Below are positions 33,926 through 43,345 of a DNA stretch of 60,535 bases, piece after piece (positions within the stretch are counted from its first letter, which is position 1; the number at the start of each line of letters is the position of its first letter). Location: assembly GCA_003551675.1 (NCBI GenBank), contig PUNG01000152.1:71377-131911 (forward strand), read 5' to 3'. The notes under the pieces are model-generated. The model was not told the origin of the DNA, did no database searches, and saw nothing but the letters and a program-made list of their open reading frames with translations. Made by a program: the position numbers and the translations under genes. This stretch comes from Thermoplasmata archaeon (GTDB taxonomy: Archaea > Thermoplasmatota > Thermoplasmata > Halarchaeoplasmatales > Halarchaeoplasmataceae).

Positions 33926-34687
33926 CTATGACGGCACGAGTGTTCCCGAAAAAACTTGCCATGCTAGTGCCGACTTAGCTACTAAGCTCAATATGATGTA
34001 CATCCTTTCACCGTACAAGTAATCACTCCACGGACCCACTTTTTTGTACTGTAGCACCTGGTTAAGTGCAAATATGTTGAAAAATACAGCGATGGACACG
34101 AATATCCCAATCACGAAGTTTGGAACGCCAACTGGCGATTCCGCTGCAGCGGTGAGTAAACGGATCGCTATCGCGATCCAAGGAGCTATCCCTGCAATAC
34201 ATCCGAAGATGAATGGGGACCACTGAACTTTTTTTGTATGCTGGTTGTAAGACTCCATCAACCATCCAAAAAGTATCATGGATGCGTTGACAAGACCCAA
34301 TACTATCAAAAATCCTATATCTGTGATACCTACCAGCATGGCGATGATGACGATCATCAACGAACTGCTGAAAGAGTACTCCACCCATCTGGCTTTGTTG
34401 ATATGGTTTTTTAGATTTTCTTTGTACCAGTTGAAAGCAAAAGTAGATACAATGAAATGAGCGATGGCGGACATGAACAAGAATGCGGCTACGGCCGGCC
34501 CAAGTCGTAGATCGAACAATGTATTAGTACCCATCTCTTCAGTTCCCGGAGGCCCTTTCATATAAGAATTGGTCACAGAGATCGCAAAATCATTACTCAG
34601 ATATAGCATCAAAATTCCCTGGACAAAATGTAAGATAGCCATGAGCCCATTAAATCTTCTCAACTTGGTGAATTTACCTTCGGTCAT
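33926..34687 (-). CDS. Heliorhodopsin
   Basis: 253 aa with seven hydrophobic segments. The blocks RWVEYSFSSSLMIVIIA, VNASMILFGWL, FGCIAGIAPWI and GERMYIILSLVAKSALAWQVFSGTLVP are near-identical to those I recall from heliorhodopsin 48C12. They include the Schiff-base lysine in SLVAKSALAWQ. Confidence 0.9.
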   Translation of the reverse strand: MTEGKFTKLRRFNGLMAILHFVQGILMLYLSNDFAISVTNSYMKGPPGTEEMGTNTLFDLRLGPAVAAFLFMSAIAHFIVSTFAFNWYKENLKNHINKARWVEYSFSSSLMIVIIAMLVGITDIGFLIVLGLVNASMILFGWLMESYNQHTKKVQWSPFIFGCIAGIAPWIAIAIRLLTAAAESPVGVPNFVIGIFVSIAVFFNIFALNQVLQYKKVGPWSDYLYGERMYIILSLVAKSALAWQVFSGTLVPS

Positions 34688-34805
34688 ATTTTCCCTCTTA
34701 ATAGGTATGTAATTCCCACTAGATAAAATTTGCCTTATTTTTCTTGCACTACTATTTCCATTCTAACCGTAGATTTTTTGAAGCAGGAACTCATCCCTCC
34801 TTTAG

Positions 34806-36704
34806 ATGCACGGATCATTTCCCTATGAGGAACGTAAAAATCAGGGAGAGATAATGGATGAGATACAGGTCTCTCTAAAAGAGGGAGAGTCCTTCGTCTA
34901 TCAGGCTGCAACAGGCTCTGGTAAAACGATATGTACCCTTACTGCAGTTTTAGAGTACGCCGAAGAAGGAGGCAAAAAAATACTTTATCTAACCAGAACC
35001 AACAGTCAGCAGCGTCAAGTTTTGTTAGAACTGAGAGAGATAGGAGGCCATCATGGTTTAGGCCTGCAGGGAAGGAACAACACTTGCCTTCTAGCTCAGG
35101 ACGACGAAGAACTTAAAGATGGGAATGCTGAAGAGCTGTCGAAGTACTGTAGCGATCGAAAGAAGGAGGTCAGGACAGCTCTCAACGAAGATAAAGAACC
35201 GAGTTCCTGTCCGTACTATGGGGGTCTTCTTCAGTGCGAACTCGATGAGTTACGGATGTGGTTCAAACAAAATGTTCCTACGGTGGACGAGAGTTTAGAA
35301 CACTGTAAAGAAAAAGAGATATGCCCTTATGAGTTGACCAAAGCATTGATCCCGGATGCAGTGGTGGTCACCGCGCCTTATATCTACTTTTTTGTACCGT
35401 TCATAAGGAGGCAGCTTTTGGAATGGATGAACGTCGAAATTTCAGACTTGATAGTAGTTGTGGATGAAGCCCATAACCTCCCGGACTACGCGCGTGAGCT
35501 TTCTACTTCGGAGATAACTAAAGTCACGCTGGAAAGAGCTATCGGCGAGAGCAAAGAGTTTGGGGACCCTGTTTTACAGAACGATGAGCCTATCTCCGGA
35601 CTTTGTGAACTCTTCCAAGCTATAATGCTCGATATAGTGGATGAATTTGTAATAGAAGAGGACGGTCTCATACCGCCGAGTGAATTGAAGACCGAACTTT
35701 TACATTCGTTGAGTATGAATACGAATCAACTCAAAGGAGTAATAAAAGACCTGAAGATCCAAGGAGAGATAGTCCAGGAGAGCAGGAGAGAGGAGAAGAA
35801 ACTACCACGATCTTACATAAATTCCTTTGCATCTTTTTTAACATCCTGGTTTTCTATCAAAAGGCAGGATTACATAAAATTGGTGAACGGTGGGGATAAT
35901 CCCAGCCTCGAGGCTTTTTGTTTGGATCCAAGCAACGTCACCATGGTATTGAACAATTGTCATTCAAGTATACATCAGTCGGCGACACTTGAACCGTTAG
36001 AAGAGTACATAGATTCCATCGGGTTGCCTTCCGATACTAATACGGCGATATATCCAAGTCCGTTCTCCAGTGATAATAAAGCCCTCTTTTATATGGAGGG
36101 AGTAACCACTAGATACGAAGAACTGCAGCGTAGCGAAGAGATGATAGTCAAGCTGCAGGAAGAGTTAACTAAGATCATAGATAACATAGATAGGAACATA
36201 GTGGTTTTTTTTCCCAGTTATGGCCTGATGGAGAACATAACCCATGATTTGCGATCAGCGCGGAAAAAATTGTTTTTTGAGAGAAAAGGGATGGATCAAC
36301 CGGCGCTCATGAGCACGGTCAACGAGTTCAAACAAGAAGGAGGTGTTTTATTTTCAGTGATAGGCGGCAGGGTCAGTGAAGGGATGGATTTTCCAGGCGA
36401 AGAGTTAGAAGTGGCCGTGGTGGTGGGTATACCCTTTCCGAAACCCACGGCTAGACAAAAGGGTCTGAAATATTATTACGACATGAAATTCAACAAGGGC
36501 TGGGAGTATACGGTAAAAGCGCCGGCGGTGAGAAAAGTTCTGCAGGCTACGGGGCGGTTGATAAGGAGTGAAGAAGACCTTGGGGTCTCTGTGATCTTAG
36601 ATGAAAGAGCTATACATTTCAATAAGTATCTAGAAGACCTACGGTTGGTTGAAAACGTGTGTAAAAACATAGAAGATTTTTTCCATCGAGAACAAACTTT
36701 ATAA
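34806..36704 (+). CDS. xpd: ATP-dependent DNA helicase XPD/Rad3 family (FeS helicase)
   Basis: Walker A is QAATGSGKT and the DEAH box is VVVDEAHNL. Four cysteines lie between them (NNTCLL, KYCSD, SSCPYY, EICPYE), consistent with a 4Fe-4S domain. The C-terminal helicase motifs are GRVSEGMDFPG and QATGRLIRS. Confidence 0.9.
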   Translation: MHGSFPYEERKNQGEIMDEIQVSLKEGESFVYQAATGSGKTICTLTAVLEYAEEGGKKILYLTRTNSQQRQVLLELREIGGHHGLGLQGRNNTCLLAQDDEELKDGNAEELSKYCSDRKKEVRTALNEDKEPSSCPYYGGLLQCELDELRMWFKQNVPTVDESLEHCKEKEICPYELTKALIPDAVVVTAPYIYFFVPFIRRQLLEWMNVEISDLIVVVDEAHNLPDYARELSTSEITKVTLERAIGESKEFGDPVLQNDEPISGLCELFQAIMLDIVDEFVIEEDGLIPPSELKTELLHSLSMNTNQLKGVIKDLKIQGEIVQESRREEKKLPRSYINSFASFLTSWFSIKRQDYIKLVNGGDNPSLEAFCLDPSNVTMVLNNCHSSIHQSATLEPLEEYIDSIGLPSDTNTAIYPSPFSSDNKALFYMEGVTTRYEELQRSEEMIVKLQEELTKIIDNIDRNIVVFFPSYGLMENITHDLRSARKKLFFERKGMDQPALMSTVNEFKQEGGVLFSVIGGRVSEGMDFPGEELEVAVVVGIPFPKPTARQKGLKYYYDMKFNKGWEYTVKAPAVRKVLQATGRLIRSEEDLGVSVILDERAIHFNKYLEDLRLVENVCKNIEDFFHREQTL

Positions 36705-36732
36705 TCCCCGTGCTTTTCATTTACACGATCCC

Positions 36733-37395
36733 ATGCATAAAATAACTGAAGTCGATATGGAGAAACACATCCTTGAGGAAAATGATAAGATCGCCCAAGA
36801 AAACAGAGAGCTTTTTGAAAGGAAGGGTGTTAGAGCCTTCAATATATTGGGGGCTATAGGTTCTGGCAAGACCTCTCTAGTCGAAAGACTCAAAGAAGGA
36901 ATAGAGGAAAAAGAAGTAGGTGCGATCGCTGGAGACTTGACCGGAGAAGATGACAGCCGGCGTTTTAAAAAGAAAGGCATGCTTTCCGTATCAATAAACA
37001 CAGGGAAGGACTGCCATCTCGATGCTCACTATGTCAGCCACGCTTTGGAGGACGAAGAGATAGATCTGGAAAAAATAGACATACTCTTCATCGAGAACGT
37101 GGGTAATCTCGTTTGCCCCGTGGATTTTCCTCTTGGGACTGAAAGAGATGTGGTGGTTATCTCAGTAACTGAAGGAGACGATATGGTCAGGAAGCACCCT
37201 TTGATCTTTTCACGGTCTGACCTTACGATATTGAACAAAATAGATCTGGCCGAAGCCATGGGTGTGGATCTGGATATCATAGAGAGAGATCACAAAGAAG
37301 TCAATCCACACGGGACCCTTATAAAAACCAACGCGAAAGACGGCGAAGGTATAAGAGAGGTAGCGGATTTTTTAAAGATCCCGTACCGTGATTAA
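36733..37395 (+). CDS. hypB: Hydrogenase nickel-incorporation GTPase HypB (G3E family)
   Basis: GAIGSGKTSLVE (P-loop), NTGKDCHLDAH, FIENVGNLVCPVDF and NKIDL are collinear with archaeal HypB, for example the M. jannaschii protein as I recall it. Confidence 0.85.
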   Translation: MHKITEVDMEKHILEENDKIAQENRELFERKGVRAFNILGAIGSGKTSLVERLKEGIEEKEVGAIAGDLTGEDDSRRFKKKGMLSVSINTGKDCHLDAHYVSHALEDEEIDLEKIDILFIENVGNLVCPVDFPLGTERDVVVISVTEGDDMVRKHPLIFSRSDLTILNKIDLAEAMGVDLDIIERDHKEVNPHGTLIKTNAKDGEGIREVADFLKIPYRD

Positions 37396-37400
37396 AATAC

Positions 37401-38258
37401 CTATCTGATCATATCTGCGATCAAAGGAGCGACGGATACTTCACTACTTTTCTGCTCGATGGTATCGGTACAGAACACGGAGTCACAGACTTCTTCCAAT
37501 TTTTCTAAAGCGTTCTCTGCGAAGAGACCGTGAGTGCAGCCCGCATGAACTTCATCTGCGCCTTCTTCTTTCAACTGTTTAGCGGCCTCTTTCATGGTAC
37601 CTCCAGTGGATATTATGTCATCTAGTATGACCACCGATTTTCCTTTCACGTCGATGCTCTTAGGTTGGATGTTAACTGTTTTAGCGTCTATCCTCTTTTT
37701 TTCCAGGTGATCCCATTCTAGGCCTATCTCGTCAGCGGCTTTTTTCACCCGTTCTATACCGCCTTCATCGGGTGAGATCAAATAATCAGGTTCCTTTGTT
37801 TTAGAATAATTAGCCAATACTGGCATAGCGGAGATATTTTCAGCACTTATACTGAAAAAATCTATTATCTTTTCGGAGTGTAGATCTATGCTGTAAAAAT
37901 TATCCGCTTGTAGTTCGATCCTTTTTGCGAAGGCCCTAGCACTTATAGGTTCTCCTTTCTCAAATGATTGATCCTGTCTTGCATACGAGTAGTAGGGTAC
38001 CACTACATCTATGATCTTTGCTCCGTTCTCTTTCAAAGCATCCTGTATCATATAGAGTTCTAAAAGATGCTGATTTGGATATGTTGTTTGTACTACGGTA
38101 CATCTTTCACCTTCTACATCTCCTTCTAATTTGATGTAAACTTCTCCGTCAGGAAATACTTTCGATCGAACTCCAACCATCTCCTCGTCGGTCTCATCGG
38201 CTATCTTGTCGCATAGTTCGGTAGAAGCAGGTCCCTTGATCAACATACAATTACCCAA
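37401..38258 (-). CDS. prs: Ribose-phosphate pyrophosphokinase
   Basis: The PRPP-binding loop is VVILDDIISTGGTM. Also present are PYYSYARQD and FPDGE; length is 285 aa. Confidence 0.9.
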   Translation of the reverse strand: MGNCMLIKGPASTELCDKIADETDEEMVGVRSKVFPDGEVYIKLEGDVEGERCTVVQTTYPNQHLLELYMIQDALKENGAKIIDVVVPYYSYARQDQSFEKGEPISARAFAKRIELQADNFYSIDLHSEKIIDFFSISAENISAMPVLANYSKTKEPDYLISPDEGGIERVKKAADEIGLEWDHLEKKRIDAKTVNIQPKSIDVKGKSVVILDDIISTGGTMKEAAKQLKEEGADEVHAGCTHGLFAENALEKLEEVCDSVFCTDTIEQKSSEVSVAPLIADMIR

Positions 38259-38358
38259 TCTACAATGAATCTCTCAAATATATCTTTTTTGAATCACACA
38301 TTGGATCTTCCGAAATCATTTTATAATCACCGTTCCATGTCCAGTCAGGTTGAGAAAA

Positions 38359-38694
38359 ATGATGCCCGGTGGAAATCCAAGACAGATGAAACGTATGATG
38401 AAGAAGATGGGTTTGGATAGTGACGAGTTGGACGCCAAAAAAGTGATAATAGAAACATCTGAAAAGAAATTGGTTTTCGACGCTCCTCAGGTGATAGAGA
38501 TGAAAGTACAAGGTCAGCATATGTACCAGGTGATAGGTGATCCAAGAGAAGAGGCTCTCGAAGGGGAGGTCCTCATACCCGAAGAGGATATAGAATTGGT
38601 ATCCAATACCGCGGGCGTTTCTAAAGAGGAAGCGAAGAAGGCTTTAGAAGAGGCCGATGGTGAACCTGCAGAGGCCATAATAAACCTACAGTGA
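38359..38694 (+). CDS. nac: Nascent polypeptide-associated complex protein (archaeal NAC)
   Basis: MMPGGNPRQMKRMMKKMG..., a NAC beta-barrel segment, and a C-terminal UBA-like segment AGVSKEEAKKALEEADGEPAEAI. The ATG at 38359 is preferred over the TTG at 38350. Confidence 0.85.
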   Translation: MMPGGNPRQMKRMMKKMGLDSDELDAKKVIIETSEKKLVFDAPQVIEMKVQGQHMYQVIGDPREEALEGEVLIPEEDIELVSNTAGVSKEEAKKALEEADGEPAEAIINLQ

Positions 38695-38707
38695 AAATCG
38701 CTAACCG

Positions 38708-39739
38708 TCAACTTCCACTACCGTGTTTTCTTTCCTGATCTAACAGATCAGATTTGATTATCAAGATAGTGCGGGAAGCCGCTTCTTGTATATCGTCATC
38801 GTCATCTTCTAGAAGTGGTTTTAATTTTTCTATGGATTTTTCTTTGAAGATACCGGTTATCGCCAGTTCGTTCAAAGTCAGGGCGGCATTTTTCCGGACA
38901 CCTTCTTTTGAATCATCTAATAACTCGTGCAGCACAGGTATAGAAGCTTCACTACCGAGACCCTTTTCTGCCAGGATGCCCAGTGCGAACAAAGCATTAT
39001 AGCGTGCTTCAGAATCCTTTTCTTCTAGGAGTTTTATCAATGGTTTGAGAGAAGACGGGTCGTAGACCTTTTTAGAAGCTAGGATGCCAAGGGCAAAGGT
39101 GGCGTGACTCCTGACTTCCTGGGAACGATCCTTTAAAGCTTTGTTCAGTACTTTTATAGAAGATCCATCATAAATATTGTTTTCGCCCAATTCAGCTAGT
39201 GTTAGGATAGCGCATGACCTGATCTCCTGGTCTTCGTCTCTCACTAGATCGTTTACGGGATCGATGGATGATCTCTTCCCAACACCTTCTTTCGCTAATA
39301 AATACAATGTCCAGATAGCGTCCAAACGCACATCGTCATACACTTCGTCCTCCAACCTTCGATTGATATATTCTATGGATGAAGATGAACAAAATCCTCT
39401 CTCCGCTAATACGCTTAGAGTATCTAGAGCTTTCTTTCTAACCTCCTTTACAAGGTCGTCCACCAGTTCGTTCAGAGCGTCTATACATCGCGAGACGTCT
39501 CTACCTTTCGTAGCCAGCCTCTCTATGATCATCATGCCAAAATACGCTACGTAAAGATCTTCTTTCAAGAGCTCGGTCAAAGGTTCGATGGGTATGTCGT
39601 CTGCATCCTGTTCTATTATAGTTCTCAACGCTCTTACAGCTTTTTCCTTCTCGTCATCCTCTTTGATAAGATCGACCAATCCTTCGAAATCCCTTTCTTT
39701 TTTCATCTTCTCTATGTCAGCCATGATCGATCCAACCAT
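38708..39739 (-). CDS. HEAT (PBS-lyase-like) repeat protein
   Basis: Repeated units of about 31-38 aa of the type D.(D/E).VR..A...L..L. Confidence 0.7.
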   Translation of the reverse strand: MVGSIMADIEKMKKERDFEGLVDLIKEDDEKEKAVRALRTIIEQDADDIPIEPLTELLKEDLYVAYFGMMIIERLATKGRDVSRCIDALNELVDDLVKEVRKKALDTLSVLAERGFCSSSSIEYINRRLEDEVYDDVRLDAIWTLYLLAKEGVGKRSSIDPVNDLVRDEDQEIRSCAILTLAELGENNIYDGSSIKVLNKALKDRSQEVRSHATFALGILASKKVYDPSSLKPLIKLLEEKDSEARYNALFALGILAEKGLGSEASIPVLHELLDDSKEGVRKNAALTLNELAITGIFKEKSIEKLKPLLEDDDDDIQEAASRTILIIKSDLLDQERKHGSGS

Positions 39740-39744
39740 TGATA

Positions 39745-41259
39745 TTAGTTTTCTATAACCTCGCTTATCCTTTCTTTGACAAAATTTTCATCCAATTGAC
39801 TCAAAAATCTTCCGAGCCTAGGCCCTTTATTTTCTCCTAAGAGGATCTTGTAGAAAGTACGGAAAGCCTTTCCTTTGTTGAGTCCGATTTTCTCGGCACA
39901 ATCGTGCACCGATCGATGCAGTTCTTCAGCGCTCCATCTGATCTCTTCCAAACTTTCCGAATAGGACCGCAGAAAATCTTTTTCATCTTCTTGGAGTTTC
40001 ACATCGGGAAGTTCCTCTTTCAGTGAGAACTTCACCATGGCGGGGGCAAATTTTTCTAACCAGAATTTGACGTTTTCCGCTCGCTTTTCGAATCTATGAA
40101 AATCCTTTTCGTCGTCTTCATCTATCTGCCCCGTATCTTTAGCCACTTTCCAGATCCTTTCGTTGTCGTCATAGATCTGTACCAAATTTACCAGATGGCG
40201 GTATGGGATCCTCTGGGGCTTTTTTTCCGGCACGCTATCGACTTGCGATAATTCGTAGGTTCGAGCCTTATCTTCATCACCATCTTCAAAATAATCTTTC
40301 TCGTGATCATCGTATTCATCCATCAGATCCAATATGCCTAGACCAGGATCGAAGTCGATCTGGGTATTCGGTTTACTTTTAAGTATCAAAAATCTTACTA
40401 CTTCAGGGCCTACCATATCGATCATATCTTCTGCTGTTATGGCTACACCTGAGGATGAAGACATAGGTCCCTGACCTTTCAAGTGTATCCATTCGTACAC
40501 CACGGGGTGTGGGGCGTCGGTTTCCAAAATATCTTCTATTATCTCTTTCCCCGTATCCCAAGAACCACCTGAAGCGGCGTGATCTTTTCCGAAGGGCTCA
40601 CAGTCCACACCTAGTATACTCCACCTGGCTGGCCAGTCACATCTCCACGGTAGTTTACCGTCATCAGTACCTATATCGGCTTTACCTTCGTGACCACAAT
40701 CACATATGTACAATACGTAAGGATCTTGGAACCCAGTCACTTTTGCTCTTCCTATCTTACCACATCCGGAGCAGATCGGATTATAAGGGTACCAATCGTC
40801 TTTCAATTCTCTTCCAGTGTGTTTTTCTATGATATCTGATACTTTTTCTCTGTTATCAAGTATCTTCCTGGTGGCTTCTTTGTATCTTCCCTCAGCGTAC
40901 ATCTCGTGTGCATATTTTATACTCAGATCAACTTTTAATTCTTGTAAAGTATCTAAAAATCGTTCCATGTAATGCTCAGTGTAGTCCGCATGATCTCTAC
41001 ACGGGCAAGGGATATCGCTCAAAGGTTTTCCTATGTATTCCTCATATGACTCGTCAAGAAATGGATACAATTTTCGGAGAGGATCTATGGAATCCACGAT
41101 CAAAAAGAGTTTTCCATGTCCCGCAGCCCTTATTATCGCTTCTCCGGTCAACAATTCTCTTAAACCACCAAGGTGGATAGGTCCCGAAGGTGCAACCCCT
41201 GTAGCTACATGAGGAGTCCTTGCCTTGATATTTTCCGCTTCGACGTCGGCCCAATGCAT
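39745..41259 (-). CDS. lysK: Lysyl-tRNA synthetase, class I
   Basis: The HIGH-like region is GVAPSGPIHLGGLRE and the KMSKS-like region is GPMSSSSG. The start is trimmed to the ATG at 41259 (MHWADVEAE...), because the track extension to 41358 overlaps the upstream gene. Confidence 0.9.
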   Translation of the reverse strand: MHWADVEAENIKARTPHVATGVAPSGPIHLGGLRELLTGEAIIRAAGHGKLFLIVDSIDPLRKLYPFLDESYEEYIGKPLSDIPCPCRDHADYTEHYMERFLDTLQELKVDLSIKYAHEMYAEGRYKEATRKILDNREKVSDIIEKHTGRELKDDWYPYNPICSGCGKIGRAKVTGFQDPYVLYICDCGHEGKADIGTDDGKLPWRCDWPARWSILGVDCEPFGKDHAASGGSWDTGKEIIEDILETDAPHPVVYEWIHLKGQGPMSSSSGVAITAEDMIDMVGPEVVRFLILKSKPNTQIDFDPGLGILDLMDEYDDHEKDYFEDGDEDKARTYELSQVDSVPEKKPQRIPYRHLVNLVQIYDDNERIWKVAKDTGQIDEDDEKDFHRFEKRAENVKFWLEKFAPAMVKFSLKEELPDVKLQEDEKDFLRSYSESLEEIRWSAEELHRSVHDCAEKIGLNKGKAFRTFYKILLGENKGPRLGRFLSQLDENFVKERISEVIEN

Positions 41260-41270
41260 CTTGATAACCT

Positions 41271-41885
41271 TCAACTTATTATCTGAGCTCTCACAAGTGC
41301 GCGAAGAGGAACACCCAAAACGTCGTCCTGTCCACCTTTGTTGACCGTGACCATACAAAGCAAGACCTCGGCGCCTTTCTCTTCGAGATCATTTACCGCT
41401 CCTCTGATGGTTTCACCTGTGTTTATCACATCATCAACTATGACGACTTTTTTATTACTTATATCAGCATAATTCGAGGCAAGAGATCCTCCTACATCTT
41501 TGTTCTCTTCTCCTGGCGGCCTATAAACCGCTAATTCTTTTCCCAGTTGATCCGAGACCATGACCGCAAAAGGTAGGCCGTTTATGGCTAGGCCTACTAC
41601 GGTATCTAACTCCGTATCCATCCTTTCCATTTCCTCTATTATGACATCCGAAAAGAGAGCGGAAAGGAGACCGATCCTTCCTCCGTAGACTCCTATAGAC
41701 CTCCAGCCTATCTTAACGTCGGTGGGAGGTTTTTCATGTTTGATGTCGCGGGTTAAAAGCCAAGTTACGGTATCGGGTGAAATATTGAGTTCGTTAGCTA
41801 TATCCTTTTCAGAAAGCCCTTTTTCCTTATATTCCTTTGCTTTTTCTACCAAGTTCTCTATCCCTGTCATCATCTCACGCAACAC
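41271..41885 (-). CDS. Orotate phosphoribosyltransferase-like protein with an N-terminal HTH (GfcR-like regulator)
   Basis: The N-terminal HTH is GLSEKDIANELNISPDTVTWLL and the PRPP-binding motif is KVVIVDDVINTGETI. The architecture matches haloarchaeal GfcR-type PyrE-like regulators. Confidence 0.7.
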   Translation of the reverse strand: MLREMMTGIENLVEKAKEYKEKGLSEKDIANELNISPDTVTWLLTRDIKHEKPPTDVKIGWRSIGVYGGRIGLLSALFSDVIIEEMERMDTELDTVVGLAINGLPFAVMVSDQLGKELAVYRPPGEENKDVGGSLASNYADISNKKVVIVDDVINTGETIRGAVNDLEEKGAEVLLCMVTVNKGGQDDVLGVPLRALVRAQIIS

Positions 41886-42003
41886 TAAATCACACAGTGA
41901 TTATTTAACTTTATTGTGGTTTTTGGCATCATGCTGATGCATAGATAGCTTTTTTAAAAATCACGAGCGTAAAAAATAAGAACATCCTCTTAAATCAACA
42001 TCC

Positions 42004-43305
42004 ATGAAAGTAAGTATAATCGGCACGGGATATGTGGGTCTTGTAACAGGCGTTGGTTTCGCCAAGCACGGACACGAAGTGGTCTGCGTGGATAAAGACG
42101 GCTACAAAGTGGATATGATCAATCAGGCTGAACCGCCGATATACGAGAAAGACCTGAAGAAACTGTTGGAAAAAGTGGTTTCGGACAGTAAATTGTCTGC
42201 GACGATGAAAACAGAGGAAGCTATACGTGACACCGAGATCACATTCATATGTGTGGGTACGCCATCCAAGGAAGATGGAAGTGTGGATACATCTGCGGTA
42301 GAAAAAGTCTCTGAAGAGGTAGCAGGAGCTCTGAAGAAAAAAAAGGAGTATCACGTCGTATGTGTGAAAAGTACCGTCACACCCGGAACCACCGACGGAA
42401 AGGTACTCCCTACCCTAGAGAAGAGCGGAAAAAAAGTAGGCGAAGACTTTGGTTTGAGCATGAATCCCGAGTTCCTGAGAGAGGGCGTAGCTTTGGATGA
42501 TTTCTTGAATCCAGATAGGATCGTGATAGGAGGCATAGACCAACGAAGTCAGGAGTTCGTAAGAGAAGTATACTTCCCATTTAAAGCGCCGATACTGTTA
42601 ACTGATCTGCGGACCGCAGAGATGATAAAATACGCTTCGAACGCTCTTTTAGCTACGAAGATATCATTTGCTAACGAGGTATCAAGACTGTGTGAAAAAA
42701 TGGGCATAGACGTATACGATGTTATGGACGGAGTCGGGATGGACCATCGTATAAATCGAGATTTTCTCAATGCGGGCTGCGGATTCGGTGGAAGTTGCTT
42801 TCCCAAAGACGTCAGGGCATTGAGATCTTTGGCTAGAAAGGAAGGATTGAAAACTAAAATATTGGATGCGGTTCTTGAAGTGAACCAAGAACAGCCTCTA
42901 CTCACCGTAGAATATCTTAGAGATGAACTTGAAGATCTTCAAGGTAAAAAAGTAGCGGTTTTGGGGTTGACTTTTAAAGGCGGTACAGACGATGTTAGGA
43001 TGACTAGAGCGCTCCCTATGGTGGAAGGACTAAAAGACGAAGGTGCCGAAGTTATAGTATACGATCCCATGGGCATGAAAAACTTTTCAAAGCTTGTGGA
43101 TGGCATAGATTATGCAGACGGTATCGAGGAAGCCTTGGAAGGCGCTGATGCATGCATAATACAAAACGATTGGTTGGAGTTCAAGGCTCTGAAGAGCGAA
43201 GATCTCGCCGGCATGAGACGTAAAGTTATTGTGGATGCAAGAAGAATTTTGGACGAAGAAGAACTTTCAGAAAACGTGACCTACATAGGTGTAGGCAAGG
43301 GATGA
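42004..43305 (+). CDS. ugd: UDP-glucose 6-dehydrogenase / nucleotide-sugar dehydrogenase
   Basis: MKVSIIGTGYVGLVTG, the catalytic motif GFGGSCFPKD, and a length of 433 aa. Confidence 0.9.
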   Translation: MKVSIIGTGYVGLVTGVGFAKHGHEVVCVDKDGYKVDMINQAEPPIYEKDLKKLLEKVVSDSKLSATMKTEEAIRDTEITFICVGTPSKEDGSVDTSAVEKVSEEVAGALKKKKEYHVVCVKSTVTPGTTDGKVLPTLEKSGKKVGEDFGLSMNPEFLREGVALDDFLNPDRIVIGGIDQRSQEFVREVYFPFKAPILLTDLRTAEMIKYASNALLATKISFANEVSRLCEKMGIDVYDVMDGVGMDHRINRDFLNAGCGFGGSCFPKDVRALRSLARKEGLKTKILDAVLEVNQEQPLLTVEYLRDELEDLQGKKVAVLGLTFKGGTDDVRMTRALPMVEGLKDEGAEVIVYDPMGMKNFSKLVDGIDYADGIEEALEGADACIIQNDWLEFKALKSEDLAGMRRKVIVDARRILDEEELSENVTYIGVGKG

Positions 43306-43345
43306 TTTGATTAAATTTATTAAAGAGTACCCACATCTACAGGCA

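Noticed and set aside
41260-41358. N-terminal extension of the LysRS ORF (MYGHGQQRWTGRRF...)
   Set aside because: It overlaps the 3' end of the GfcR-like gene, and its basic Gly/Arg-rich composition is unlike this acidic proteome. The conserved class I LysRS sequence begins at MHWADV (ATG at 41259).
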